DNA from: Steroidobacteraceae bacterium
GTDB lineage: Bacteria; Pseudomonadota; Gammaproteobacteria; Steroidobacterales; Steroidobacteraceae
DNA: 64,000 nt
Direction: 5' to 3'
Assembly (NCBI GenBank): GCA_050248275.1
Contig: JBFWSR010000001.1
Location: 334,979-398,978 of the forward strand
Each line of letters begins with the position of its first letter. The first letter of the stretch is position 1. Both the position numbers and the translations under genes were made by a program. Below, one piece after another: positions 30,478 through 39,305 of this stretch. The notes beneath the pieces are model-generated. The model saw nothing but the letters and a program-made list of their open reading frames with translations. It was not told the origin of the DNA and did no database searches.

Positions 30478-30975
30478 ATGAATATCCAGTCTTTCGCCAA
30501 GCCCGCACTGTTGTCGGCATTATTCCTGAGCGCCGTCAATGCATATGCGCAGACAGCCAAGCCCTGCATCGAGTTGAAAAACGAAGCGCAGATGGAACAG
30601 GAATATACGGATGCGCGGGGCAACAAGGCCACGCAGCTGGTACCGCCGGGCAAGATCGTACCTGGCAATGAAGTGATCTACACCATCACCGCGAAAAATG
30701 TCTGCGACAAACCGGTCAGCAATGTAGTGATCAACAATCCGGTGCCGGAGCACATGAGCTATGTGGCCAATTCCGCCATGGGCGTGGGCACCGACATCAC
30801 TTACTCACTGGACAGTAAGAGCTTCGCCAAACTTGAAACGCTGACCGTGAAGAATGCCGATGGCGGCACACGCGCGGCGCACGCCGACGAAATCAAGAGC
30901 ATTCGCTGGGTATACGGCACGGCCATCAATGCCGGACAGACCGGTTTCGTGCGTTTTCGCGCCAGGGTGAATTGA
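30478..30975 (+). CDS. Small exported single-DUF11-domain protein
   Basis: 165 aa with a signal peptide ending AYA-Q. Contains GNEVIYTITAKN...VINNPVPEHMSYV and ends VRFRARVN. Confidence 0.8.
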   Translation: MNIQSFAKPALLSALFLSAVNAYAQTAKPCIELKNEAQMEQEYTDARGNKATQLVPPGKIVPGNEVIYTITAKNVCDKPVSNVVINNPVPEHMSYVANSAMGVGTDITYSLDSKSFAKLETLTVKNADGGTRAAHADEIKSIRWVYGTAINAGQTGFVRFRARVN

Positions 30976-31095
30976 GCAATTGATTGAATGGTTTTGCTGC
31001 AAGTGAACCTTGCGGCAGAGCACACGCCTGTCTGTCGGACGCAGGCGCATCGCATCGAAGTCCGAGTCGTCTGAAAATCTGCAGGAGTCTTGAAA

Positions 31096-32085
31096 ATGAA
31101 ATCATTAACAGCGCAACTCCAGCGAGCCAGTCTCGCGGTGATCGCACTGTCGTCATTAATGTTGATGCAAGGTGCGCAAGCGGCCGGTACGGCGGCCAAT
31201 ACCGACATCAGCAACATCGCGACGGTAAACTACTCAGTGGGCAGCGTCGCTCAAACAGCGGTTAATAGTAATACCACCACTTTCAAAGTTGACCGCAAGG
31301 TGGATCTGACGGTGACTGCCGGCAGCGCAACGCCCACCAATCCTGGCGCCACCAATGCGGCTGTCATCTATACCGTTACCAATACCGGTAACGGCACCGA
31401 CAGCTTTACGCTGGCTGGAGCCAATCAAACGGGCGATAACTTTGATGTAAACAACATCAAGATATATCAGGATAACGGCGCTACCGCTGGCACGTTCGAT
31501 GCCGGCGATACGCTGGTGAGTGCTCCGGTTTCCTTTACTGCCGATCAATCCATCAAGTTCTTCATCGTTTCGGATGTACCGCTGAGCGCAACCAACGGTC
31601 AAAGCTCGATCGTCAAGCTGACGGCGACGACGACCTCCACACAGACTACTGGCGCTGATACTGCCGGCGTGGATGTGGTGTTTGCCGATGCTGGCAATAA
31701 TGGCACCGAAAACGCCAACAACACCTACAACATCAGTGCTGCGACCTTGGCGGTGGTGAAGTCGGCTGCTGTGATCAGCGATCCGGTCAACAACACCACT
31801 AATCCCAAGGCCATTCCCGGCGCAGTGATCGAATACACCATCGCAGTGACAAATAGCGGCGCTGCTGCTGCGTCTGCGGTAACGCTGACGGACAACATTC
31901 CGACGAACACGACCTATGTGGCAAACAGCATGAAGCTCGGCGCTACTGCGCTGACTGACGCGGCTGACGCCGATGGTGGTGCGACAACGGGAGCGCCGAC
32001 CGTGACTTCCATTACGGTCAATGCCGGTACAGTTGCCGCAGCGGGTGGCACTGCCACCGTGAAGTTCCGCGTGACGGTCAACTGA
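31096..32085 (+). CDS. Exported DUF11-domain subunit-like protein (paralogue 2)
   Basis: ATG 31096 lies 8 nt after AGGAG (the ORF opens at TTG 31090). The signal peptide ends AQA-AG. Contains TNTGNGTDSF and PKAIPGAVIEYTIAVTNSG, and ends VKFRVTVN. Confidence 0.85.
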   Translation: MKSLTAQLQRASLAVIALSSLMLMQGAQAAGTAANTDISNIATVNYSVGSVAQTAVNSNTTTFKVDRKVDLTVTAGSATPTNPGATNAAVIYTVTNTGNGTDSFTLAGANQTGDNFDVNNIKIYQDNGATAGTFDAGDTLVSAPVSFTADQSIKFFIVSDVPLSATNGQSSIVKLTATTTSTQTTGADTAGVDVVFADAGNNGTENANNTYNISAATLAVVKSAAVISDPVNNTTNPKAIPGAVIEYTIAVTNSGAAAASAVTLTDNIPTNTTYVANSMKLGATALTDAADADGGATTGAPTVTSITVNAGTVAAAGGTATVKFRVTVN

Positions 32086-32104
32086 TCAGGTCATTCGGTA
32101 GTTC

Positions 32105-35100
32105 ATGCGCGCAATTGCAGCTATGCAGTCATTGCATAGTGACAGACAGGCTTCTGCAGACGACAGGGGCGCGGGGCTGATTCAGCCTCGCGCCTTTGCT
32201 GCGTCCACAGGCTTGCGCGTGCTCAAGGCAGTCAAGGCAATAGCCGCACTGGGGCTGTTTGCGGCGCTGGCTACGGCACCCATGGCGGCGCTGGCGGCCA
32301 CCGGTCCGGGTACGGTCATCAGTAATGTTGCCCAGGTGCAGTTCAATCGTTCCGGGATCAGTGCTCTGGAGACCGTCAACAGCAATGCGGTCAGCGCAAC
32401 GGTGGCGCCGGCGCCGAGCGTGTCAGCGATAACGGTATTGCGCTTCACCGATGCCGGCTCGGCGACGCAAACTGCGACGGCAGGTCCGACGCAATGCCTG
32501 AGTGGCGGCAGCTTCATCAATCTGGCGCAGCCATCGTTCGCCAATGGCAGCACGGTGGATGCCGCGCAGATGCTGGCGCTGGCCAGCACGGATACCGTGC
32601 ATGCCGGCGATGCCGTATTCCTGCAGGTCAGTGATGCGGACCAGAATCGTGATGCAACTGTGGTCGATACCGTCGATGTGGTGGCGTCCAGTGCGACAGG
32701 CGATGCGGAAACGGTGCGCCTGCGTGAAACCGGCGTGAACACGGGCGTGTTCACTGGCTATATTCAGACACGCAACACCATTACTGCCAATAGTGGTGAC
32801 TGTCTATTGCAAGTGGATCGCGATTCTCAAATCACGGCTCGCTATACAGATCCCTACAACAGCACGGACAGCAGCCATGCATCGGCATTGGTCGATCCTT
32901 ATGGCTTGATTTTCGATTCGCTCACCGGTCAACCCGTCAATGGCGCGCGTGTGCGTCTGGTCAATGCGGCCACCGGAGCGTTGGCCACTGTGTTGGGCGA
33001 CAACGGCATCAGCTCGTATCCGGCCGAGGTAACTACAGGCAATGCCGTTACCGACAGCGGTGGCAATGTTTATAACTTGCCTGATGGCGTGTTTCGTTTT
33101 CCATTGGTGGCGCTGGGTCAGTATCGTCTGGAAGTGACGTCGCCATCCGGATATACCTTTGCTTCGGGTCGCACGATTGCCGAACTCAATCAGTTGAGCA
33201 CCGGTCCGTATCGTTTGAGTACGGCTTCATTCGGTGCGCCATTTACCGTTACGACACCGGCTGCCGTGGCCATTGATTTGCCACTGGATCCTTCCGGCAC
33301 CCAGTTGTACCTGAGCAAGACCACCACCACGACGCTGGCCGCACCGGGCGACTTCGTGCAGTACCTGCTCGGCATTCAGAACGTCAGCAGCAGTGTGCCG
33401 GTCAGCAATGTCACGGTGACCGATACATTGCCGGTCGGCATGCGTTATCAGGCGGGCTCTGCGCGCCTGGCCAATCAAAAGTTTGCCGATCCGGTCATCA
33501 GCAGCGATGGCCGCACGTTGCAGTTCGTCATCGGCAACCTGCAACCCTCGGCCAATCTCAGGCTCAGCTATGTGGTGGAGGTGACGGTCGCCGCGCACGA
33601 TGAAAAACTGGTCAACAGCGCGCGTGCGACCAATACCGCCGGTGCGGCGTCCAATGTGGCGCAGGCCACCATTCGTTTGCGCAATGAACTGTTCAATGAA
33701 ACCGCCTTCATCATGGGGCGCGTGGTGCAGGGCAGCTGCGCGCAGGATGCGATCGGGCTCAAAGGCGTCGCCGGCGTGCGTGTATATCTGGAAGATGGCC
33801 GTTATGCGGTGACCGATGACGAAGGCAAGTACCACTTCGATAGCGTGCCTGCCGGTTCGCATGTGGTGCAGATGGATACCGTTACCGTGCCGGATACGCT
33901 GGAGCCGCAGCTATGCGATGACCGCGTGCGTCATGCCGGTCGCAGCTATTCGCAGTTTGTCGATGTACGTGCCGGCGCCCTGTGGCGCGCCGATTTCGTG
34001 CTCAAGGAAAAGGCGCCGCCAGTCGGCCAGGTTCACTACGGCATGAGTACGCACATTGCCGGCGATACCGAACTGCTGCATACGCTGAATACCCAGATTG
34101 ATGCGCTGTCGATCGGCAACGCCAGGGCGATGGTCATGCTGCCTGAAGGTCTGGAGTATGTGGCCGGTTCCACCTTGATGAGTGGACAGTCAGCCATCGA
34201 CCCACAAAACATGGACGGCACCTTGATCTTTCGTCTCAACGAACTTGCTGCCGGCAGTCAGCAGAGTCTGAGCTTCAGGACGCGCGTTAAGGATCAGGCT
34301 GCGGGCGGCTTCGTCATCAAGTCAGTGTTGCTGTTCGATACGCCGGCACAGAAGAATCAGCGCAGTGAAGCCGTGGAAAATCGCGCCACGCGCGGCGACA
34401 TGAATTACGAAAGCGCCAGTTATCGTTTTTCGCCGCACTTCGAGGTCATGGGCACCACGTTGAGCGAGGCGGATCGCGCACAGCTCGACAAACTCGCGGC
34501 CGAGTGGCGTGGCGTGAAGAACCTGCGCATTCGCGCCGTGGGACATACGGACAAGAATGCGATTCCCAAGACCAGACAATCACTGTTTGCCGACAACTAC
34601 GCGCTGTCGCAGGCGCGCGCGGCCAGCGTGGCCGACTATTTGCGCGACGTCCTGGGCCTGATGCCGGAACAGATTGAAACCGAAGGCAAGGGCCCGGATG
34701 AACCCATTGCCACGGGCGATGATGCCGCCAGCCTGGCAAGGAATCGCCGTGTGGAAATCAGCATTGATGGCGTGCGTGTCAAGCAGTTGGGCAAGGTCGC
34801 CATCATCACGGCGCGCGCCGAAGCGCCGGTGTTGAATACCACGGGTGTGGTGCTGAGCAGGCAGAGCGCGGGCAATGCGGGCAAGCCAGGCAATGCGCAG
34901 GGCAATGCCGGCGCCGATGTGGAGGTGGAAACACTGTCCGGCGGTATCGCCATGGTGCGTCCGGCCATCAATGAAGTGCCACCGATTCCCAGCATCAAGA
35001 TCGCCGTGCAGCACGCCACGACGCAAAACGTGGAGTTGCGTCTGAATGGGGTACCGGTCAGCGCCTTGAACTTCGATGGCACTGCCAGCAAAAGCGACAA

Positions 35101-38080
35101 CAGTCTGGCGTTGAGCCGCTGGCGCGGCGTGGACTTGAAAGATGGCGACAACCAGTTGACCGCCATCGTGCGCGATGCCGATGGCAGGGAAGTCGAACGC
35201 ATCGTGCGCACCATTCATTACTCCGGCGGCGCCGTGCGCGCCGAGCTGGTCAAGGAACAATCGACGCTGACCGCCGATGGCAGCACACGGCCGGTGATTG
35301 CGCTGCGCATGTTCGATGCATCCGGCGAACCGGCGCGTCCCGGCACCGTGGGCACGTACAGTGTGGAAGCGCCGTATCGCAGCTGGTGGGAAGTGCAGCA
35401 ACTGCAGGACAGGCAACTGGCCAGTATGGCGCCGCGCGATCCGCAGTTCGTGGTCGATGAAGATGGTCTGGCGCACATCGAACTGGCGCCCAGTTCCGAC
35501 AGCGGCATGGCGGTATTGCAGTTGCGCTTCAATGAACGTCAATCGCAGGATCTGCGCGTCTGGCTGGAACCGCAGACGCGCGACTGGGTGTTGGTGGGGC
35601 TGGCCGAAGGCACGGCTGCCTACAACGCGGTGAGCAGGAACGCCGAAGCGGCCGTTGCGGATGGCGTGGATGAAAACTACAGCCAGGATGGTCGCGTGGC
35701 GTTCTTCGCCAAGGGCCGCATCAAGGGCGATTTCCTGCTGACGCTGGCTTATGACTCAGCGCGGCGCAGTCGCATGGACAAGCAAAGCCTGCTCGGCACC
35801 ATCGACCCCAACAAGTATTACACCCTGTATGGCGATGCCAGCGAACAGCGCTTTGAAGCGGCATCATCGCGCAAGCTGTATATCAAGCTGGAACGCCGGC
35901 AGTTCATGGCCATGTTCGGCGACTTCAACACCGGCATCACCATGACCGAACTGGGCCGCTACAGCCGTACCCTGAACGGCCTGAAGTCCGAATATGCCGG
36001 CGAGCGCTTCGGCTATACCGCGTTTGCCGCCAATACCGATCAGGGCTATGTGCAGGACGAGTTGCAGGGCGATGGCACCTCGGGCCTTTACAACCTGAGC
36101 CAGAAGAACATTCTCGTCAACAGCGACAAGTTGCGTATCGAAGTGCGCGATCGCTTCGATACCGGCAAGGTGGTCGAGACGCGCGCCCTGACGCGCTACA
36201 TTGATTACGACATCGACTATTTCAACGGCACGCTGTACTTCAAGCAGCCGGTGATGAGCCGCGATGGCAGCTTCAATCCGCAGTTCATCATGGTCGATTA
36301 CGAAGTCGATTCCGGCATGAATGAGGCACTCAGCGCCGGCGGCCGCGTCTATGCCAAACTGGGCAAGTCCGAAGTCGGCGCCAGCTTCATCAATGAAGGC
36401 GCCCAGGTGGGCGATACCCGTCTGGCTGCTGTCGATACCCGCATCCAGCTGGCCGAAGGGACGCAGTTGCGTGCCGAAGTGGCGCACAGCGAATCGGACA
36501 ATCCGGCGCGTGCAGCCCAGGCCGATGCCTATTTCACTGAACTGAAGCATGTCAGCAAGCACATCGATGCCAGCGCCTATTTCCGCACCCAGGAAAACGG
36601 TTTTGGTTTCGGCCAGCAATTGAGCACCGAAATGGGTTCACGCAAGGCAGGCGTGGATGCACGGGTGCGTCTGGATGACCAATGGGCAGTGCGCGCCGAA
36701 GCGCAGCATCAGGAACTCATGGCTACCGATGCCAGGCGCGAGCTGGCCAGCGTGCAGGTACAGCGCGAGACGCAACTCACTACCGCCGGCGCCGGCGTGC
36801 GTCATGTGGCCGACAGCAATGTCAGTGTCGGCGATGTCAGCTCCGAGCAGGGCTTTGTCACCGGCAGCGTCAAGGTGCTCGACCAGCGCGTGACCTTGCG
36901 CGCCGAACAGGATGTATCCCTGAGCGGCAGCAGCGGCGTGACGGATTATCCGGATCGTTCGCTGCTGGGCGTCGATTATCTGCTGACCCGTGATACCACG
37001 CTGTTCGCCGACTACGAGCATGCCAATGGCGCTGCCTTCAATGCCGACATGACGCGCATCGGCATGCGCGCCAGCCTGTGGGAACGTGCGCAGCTGTCTT
37101 CCAGCATGAATCAGCAATTCACCGAGAACGGCAGCCGCACCTTCGCCAACCTCGGCCTGACCCAGGGCTGGCAGATCAACGATCGCTGGGCAGTGGACTT
37201 CGGCGTCGATCAGAGCAGGACGGTGCGCGGCGCCAACAGCTATCACTTCAATGACAAGGCGCCGCCGGCCTCGGGTACGTTGTCCAATCCAACAGGCGGG
37301 CTGGGTACCGGCAGCGTTACCCAGTGGCAGACCGGCGATTATCTGGCGCTGTCTGCGGCCAGCCTGTATCGCAACGAGTTGTGGAGCATCACCGAACGCG
37401 TCGAACATCGCAATGGCACCAGCGAGGATCGCTGGTCGTTGAACAGCGGCTTCTATCGCGAAGCCGTCAAGGGTCATGCGTTCGCTTTCGTGACCCAGTA
37501 TCTCGACAATCGCAGCCAGACTTCCGGCGATACCATGACGGCGGCGCTGCAACTGTCCTGGGCCTATCGACCGGTCGATAGCCGCTGGATCATGCTGGAT
37601 CGCATCGACCTCAAGCATCAGAAAAGCGATAGCGCCACGCTGAAAGTACAAAGCTCGCGCATCGTCAATAACACGCATCTCAACTGGCAGCTCGATCCGC
37701 ATACGCAAATGGGTCTGCAGTTTGGCCTGCGCCATGTGCTCACCAGCTTCGATGGCGATGACTACAGCGGCACTTCCGGCTTGTTCGGCGCTGATTACCG
37801 CCACGACCTGAACCGGATCTTCGATGTCGGCGCACATGGCGCCCTGATGGAATCGTTCCAGTCGGGTATCGGCAAGGCATCCGTGGGCGCGGATGTGGGC
37901 GTGACTTTCATGAAGAACGTCTGGGTGGCGCTGGGTTACAACGTGCAGGGCTACAACGACAGGGATTTTGACGATGCCCACTATCTGGCGCAGGGCCCGT
38001 ACCTGAAGTTCCGCATCAAGTTCGATCAGGATACGTTCAAGGATCTGAACCTGGCCGGCCTGCGCGGACAGGGAAATTGA
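32105..38080 (+). CDS. Giant exported multidomain protein: DUF11 and CarboxypepD_reg/Cna-B-like modules, embedded OmpA-like module, beta-rich C-terminal region of about 900 aa
   Basis: 1991 aa with a signal-like segment AIAALGLFAALATAPMAALA. The start is uncertain (ATG 32105, TTG 32213 or GTG 32219). DUF11 signatures include VTVTDTLPVGMRYQ. Carboxypeptidase-regulatory-like modules include VRVYLEDGRYAVTDDEGKYHF. The OmpA_C signature is RIRAVGHTDK...NRRVEISI. The C-terminal third has an alternating beta-strand pattern ending YLKFRIKF. Confidence 0.85.
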   Translation: MRAIAAMQSLHSDRQASADDRGAGLIQPRAFAASTGLRVLKAVKAIAALGLFAALATAPMAALAATGPGTVISNVAQVQFNRSGISALETVNSNAVSATVAPAPSVSAITVLRFTDAGSATQTATAGPTQCLSGGSFINLAQPSFANGSTVDAAQMLALASTDTVHAGDAVFLQVSDADQNRDATVVDTVDVVASSATGDAETVRLRETGVNTGVFTGYIQTRNTITANSGDCLLQVDRDSQITARYTDPYNSTDSSHASALVDPYGLIFDSLTGQPVNGARVRLVNAATGALATVLGDNGISSYPAEVTTGNAVTDSGGNVYNLPDGVFRFPLVALGQYRLEVTSPSGYTFASGRTIAELNQLSTGPYRLSTASFGAPFTVTTPAAVAIDLPLDPSGTQLYLSKTTTTTLAAPGDFVQYLLGIQNVSSSVPVSNVTVTDTLPVGMRYQAGSARLANQKFADPVISSDGRTLQFVIGNLQPSANLRLSYVVEVTVAAHDEKLVNSARATNTAGAASNVAQATIRLRNELFNETAFIMGRVVQGSCAQDAIGLKGVAGVRVYLEDGRYAVTDDEGKYHFDSVPAGSHVVQMDTVTVPDTLEPQLCDDRVRHAGRSYSQFVDVRAGALWRADFVLKEKAPPVGQVHYGMSTHIAGDTELLHTLNTQIDALSIGNARAMVMLPEGLEYVAGSTLMSGQSAIDPQNMDGTLIFRLNELAAGSQQSLSFRTRVKDQAAGGFVIKSVLLFDTPAQKNQRSEAVENRATRGDMNYESASYRFSPHFEVMGTTLSEADRAQLDKLAAEWRGVKNLRIRAVGHTDKNAIPKTRQSLFADNYALSQARAASVADYLRDVLGLMPEQIETEGKGPDEPIATGDDAASLARNRRVEISIDGVRVKQLGKVAIITARAEAPVLNTTGVVLSRQSAGNAGKPGNAQGNAGADVEVETLSGGIAMVRPAINEVPPIPSIKIAVQHATTQNVELRLNGVPVSALNFDGTASKSDNSLALSRWRGVDLKDGDNQLTAIVRDADGREVERIVRTIHYSGGAVRAELVKEQSTLTADGSTRPVIALRMFDASGEPARPGTVGTYSVEAPYRSWWEVQQLQDRQLASMAPRDPQFVVDEDGLAHIELAPSSDSGMAVLQLRFNERQSQDLRVWLEPQTRDWVLVGLAEGTAAYNAVSRNAEAAVADGVDENYSQDGRVAFFAKGRIKGDFLLTLAYDSARRSRMDKQSLLGTIDPNKYYTLYGDASEQRFEAASSRKLYIKLERRQFMAMFGDFNTGITMTELGRYSRTLNGLKSEYAGERFGYTAFAANTDQGYVQDELQGDGTSGLYNLSQKNILVNSDKLRIEVRDRFDTGKVVETRALTRYIDYDIDYFNGTLYFKQPVMSRDGSFNPQFIMVDYEVDSGMNEALSAGGRVYAKLGKSEVGASFINEGAQVGDTRLAAVDTRIQLAEGTQLRAEVAHSESDNPARAAQADAYFTELKHVSKHIDASAYFRTQENGFGFGQQLSTEMGSRKAGVDARVRLDDQWAVRAEAQHQELMATDARRELASVQVQRETQLTTAGAGVRHVADSNVSVGDVSSEQGFVTGSVKVLDQRVTLRAEQDVSLSGSSGVTDYPDRSLLGVDYLLTRDTTLFADYEHANGAAFNADMTRIGMRASLWERAQLSSSMNQQFTENGSRTFANLGLTQGWQINDRWAVDFGVDQSRTVRGANSYHFNDKAPPASGTLSNPTGGLGTGSVTQWQTGDYLALSAASLYRNELWSITERVEHRNGTSEDRWSLNSGFYREAVKGHAFAFVTQYLDNRSQTSGDTMTAALQLSWAYRPVDSRWIMLDRIDLKHQKSDSATLKVQSSRIVNNTHLNWQLDPHTQMGLQFGLRHVLTSFDGDDYSGTSGLFGADYRHDLNRIFDVGAHGALMESFQSGIGKASVGADVGVTFMKNVWVALGYNVQGYNDRDFDDAHYLAQGPYLKFRIKFDQDTFKDLNLAGLRGQGN

Positions 38081-38123
38081 TCAGTCATTCGTTCCAACCT
38101 GCCTCACGCACCTGCATTACGCA

Positions 38124-38966
38124 CTAACTGCACACCGACACTGCGCCATTGCTTTCCTGTGCGTGAAAACTGAACAGCGGCGTCAGGCTCAGCGTCAACT
38201 CGCCGGTGGCGGTATCCACCGTGTGTTTCCAGTCGATCACATTGATGGTGTCGCAGGCGCCGGCGCTACTGGCACGCACCAGACTGGCGATGATCAACGA
38301 ATGCGTCAGGCTGTTGCTGCCTGACGCACCGTTGCTGCTCAACACCACGTTGCCAAAATTGTTGTAGCCGGTGAACTGCCACAGGTATTCGCTCAACTGT
38401 TTGAGCGTCGTGACATCAAGCGGCCGCACATTGAGCGTGCCGGCATCGCCGCTACTGGCCTGTAGATCCACCGTGTTGCGATTGAGATAAGCGCACTTGT
38501 ATACGCGTTGGCGCAGATAACCCTGCGGCGTGCTGTTGCGTATGCGGTCAAATTCAAAATAGCGTGCTGTCGAGTCGTTACCGGTCAGGCTGGCATGGTC
38601 GCCGCTGAGCGTGTTGGCGGTTTCCGACCACTGCAAGGCCTGATTGAAATCGTCGCTGCACAGTTCATAACGCAGCACGGCGCTGCTGTTCACGTCCGTG
38701 GTCTTCAGGTGCGAAGTGGCGACATAGCCGGAGAACACCGGCACGCTTTCGACATAAAAGCCGCCGGGCGTGCGTTGCGTGTCACTGTAGATCAGTGCGG
38801 CGATCTGGCTGTTGCTTTGCGTCACGCCGCCGGGTGCGCTGACGGCCAGGGAACTGGGCGTACTGCTGCCGGTTGAACTGCTGCCACCGCCGCCACCGCA
38901 TGCGCATAGCAGCAAGGCCAGGCCGCCAGGCAAAAGGCGTAAAGCGCGGTTGAAGGACGTTGACAT
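38124..38966 (-). CDS. Lipoprotein of unknown function
   Basis: Lipobox LLLCAC followed by a GGGGGSSS linker. 280 aa with no recognised family. It is convergent with the giant gene. Confidence 0.7.
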   Translation of the reverse strand: MSTSFNRALRLLPGGLALLLCACGGGGGSSSTGSSTPSSLAVSAPGGVTQSNSQIAALIYSDTQRTPGGFYVESVPVFSGYVATSHLKTTDVNSSAVLRYELCSDDFNQALQWSETANTLSGDHASLTGNDSTARYFEFDRIRNSTPQGYLRQRVYKCAYLNRNTVDLQASSGDAGTLNVRPLDVTTLKQLSEYLWQFTGYNNFGNVVLSSNGASGSNSLTHSLIIASLVRASSAGACDTINVIDWKHTVDTATGELTLSLTPLFSFHAQESNGAVSVCS

Positions 38967-39260
38967 GAATGGCTCACAGTCGGTCGGATGAAAATCCGGC
39001 GTGTGTCATGCAGCCGCGGCAATGATTTGCCATACCTGCGGCAACACACCGCCTGTGAACGCTATCGTCTGAACAGAAGCGTGCTTAAGGGTAGGCAGCC
39101 TGTGCGGTGTTCAGGCGCAAAGAAACTGCGCAGTACATGCCAGTTTGGCATGGGTCCACAACACGTTAAGACAAATGGGAGGCGCGTGGGCTACACGCTG
39201 TCTTGACAAGAGCTGTCAGCAGCAAGCGAGGCAGTCATTTGCGCCGGCTGAGGGGCGGTG

Positions 39261-39305
39261 ACAAAAAACTGCCGCCCGGGTCAGAGGGAGGGAACCGGGC
39301 GGCAG
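39261..39305 (-). terminator. Rho-independent terminator (minus strand)
   Basis: An 11-bp perfect stem CTGCCGCCCGG/CCGGGCGGCAG (39269-39279 and 39295-39305) is followed on the minus strand by TTTTTTGT. Confidence 0.75.

Noticed and set aside
32182-37981. Several long antisense ORFs inside the giant gene (e.g. 36638-37981, 447 aa; 34580-35542, 320 aa; 35864-36619; 33227-33862)
   Set aside because: These are typical shadow ORFs of a GC-rich gene. Their composition is Ala/Arg/Gly/His-rich and no motifs are present. The sense strand carries clear domain signatures throughout.
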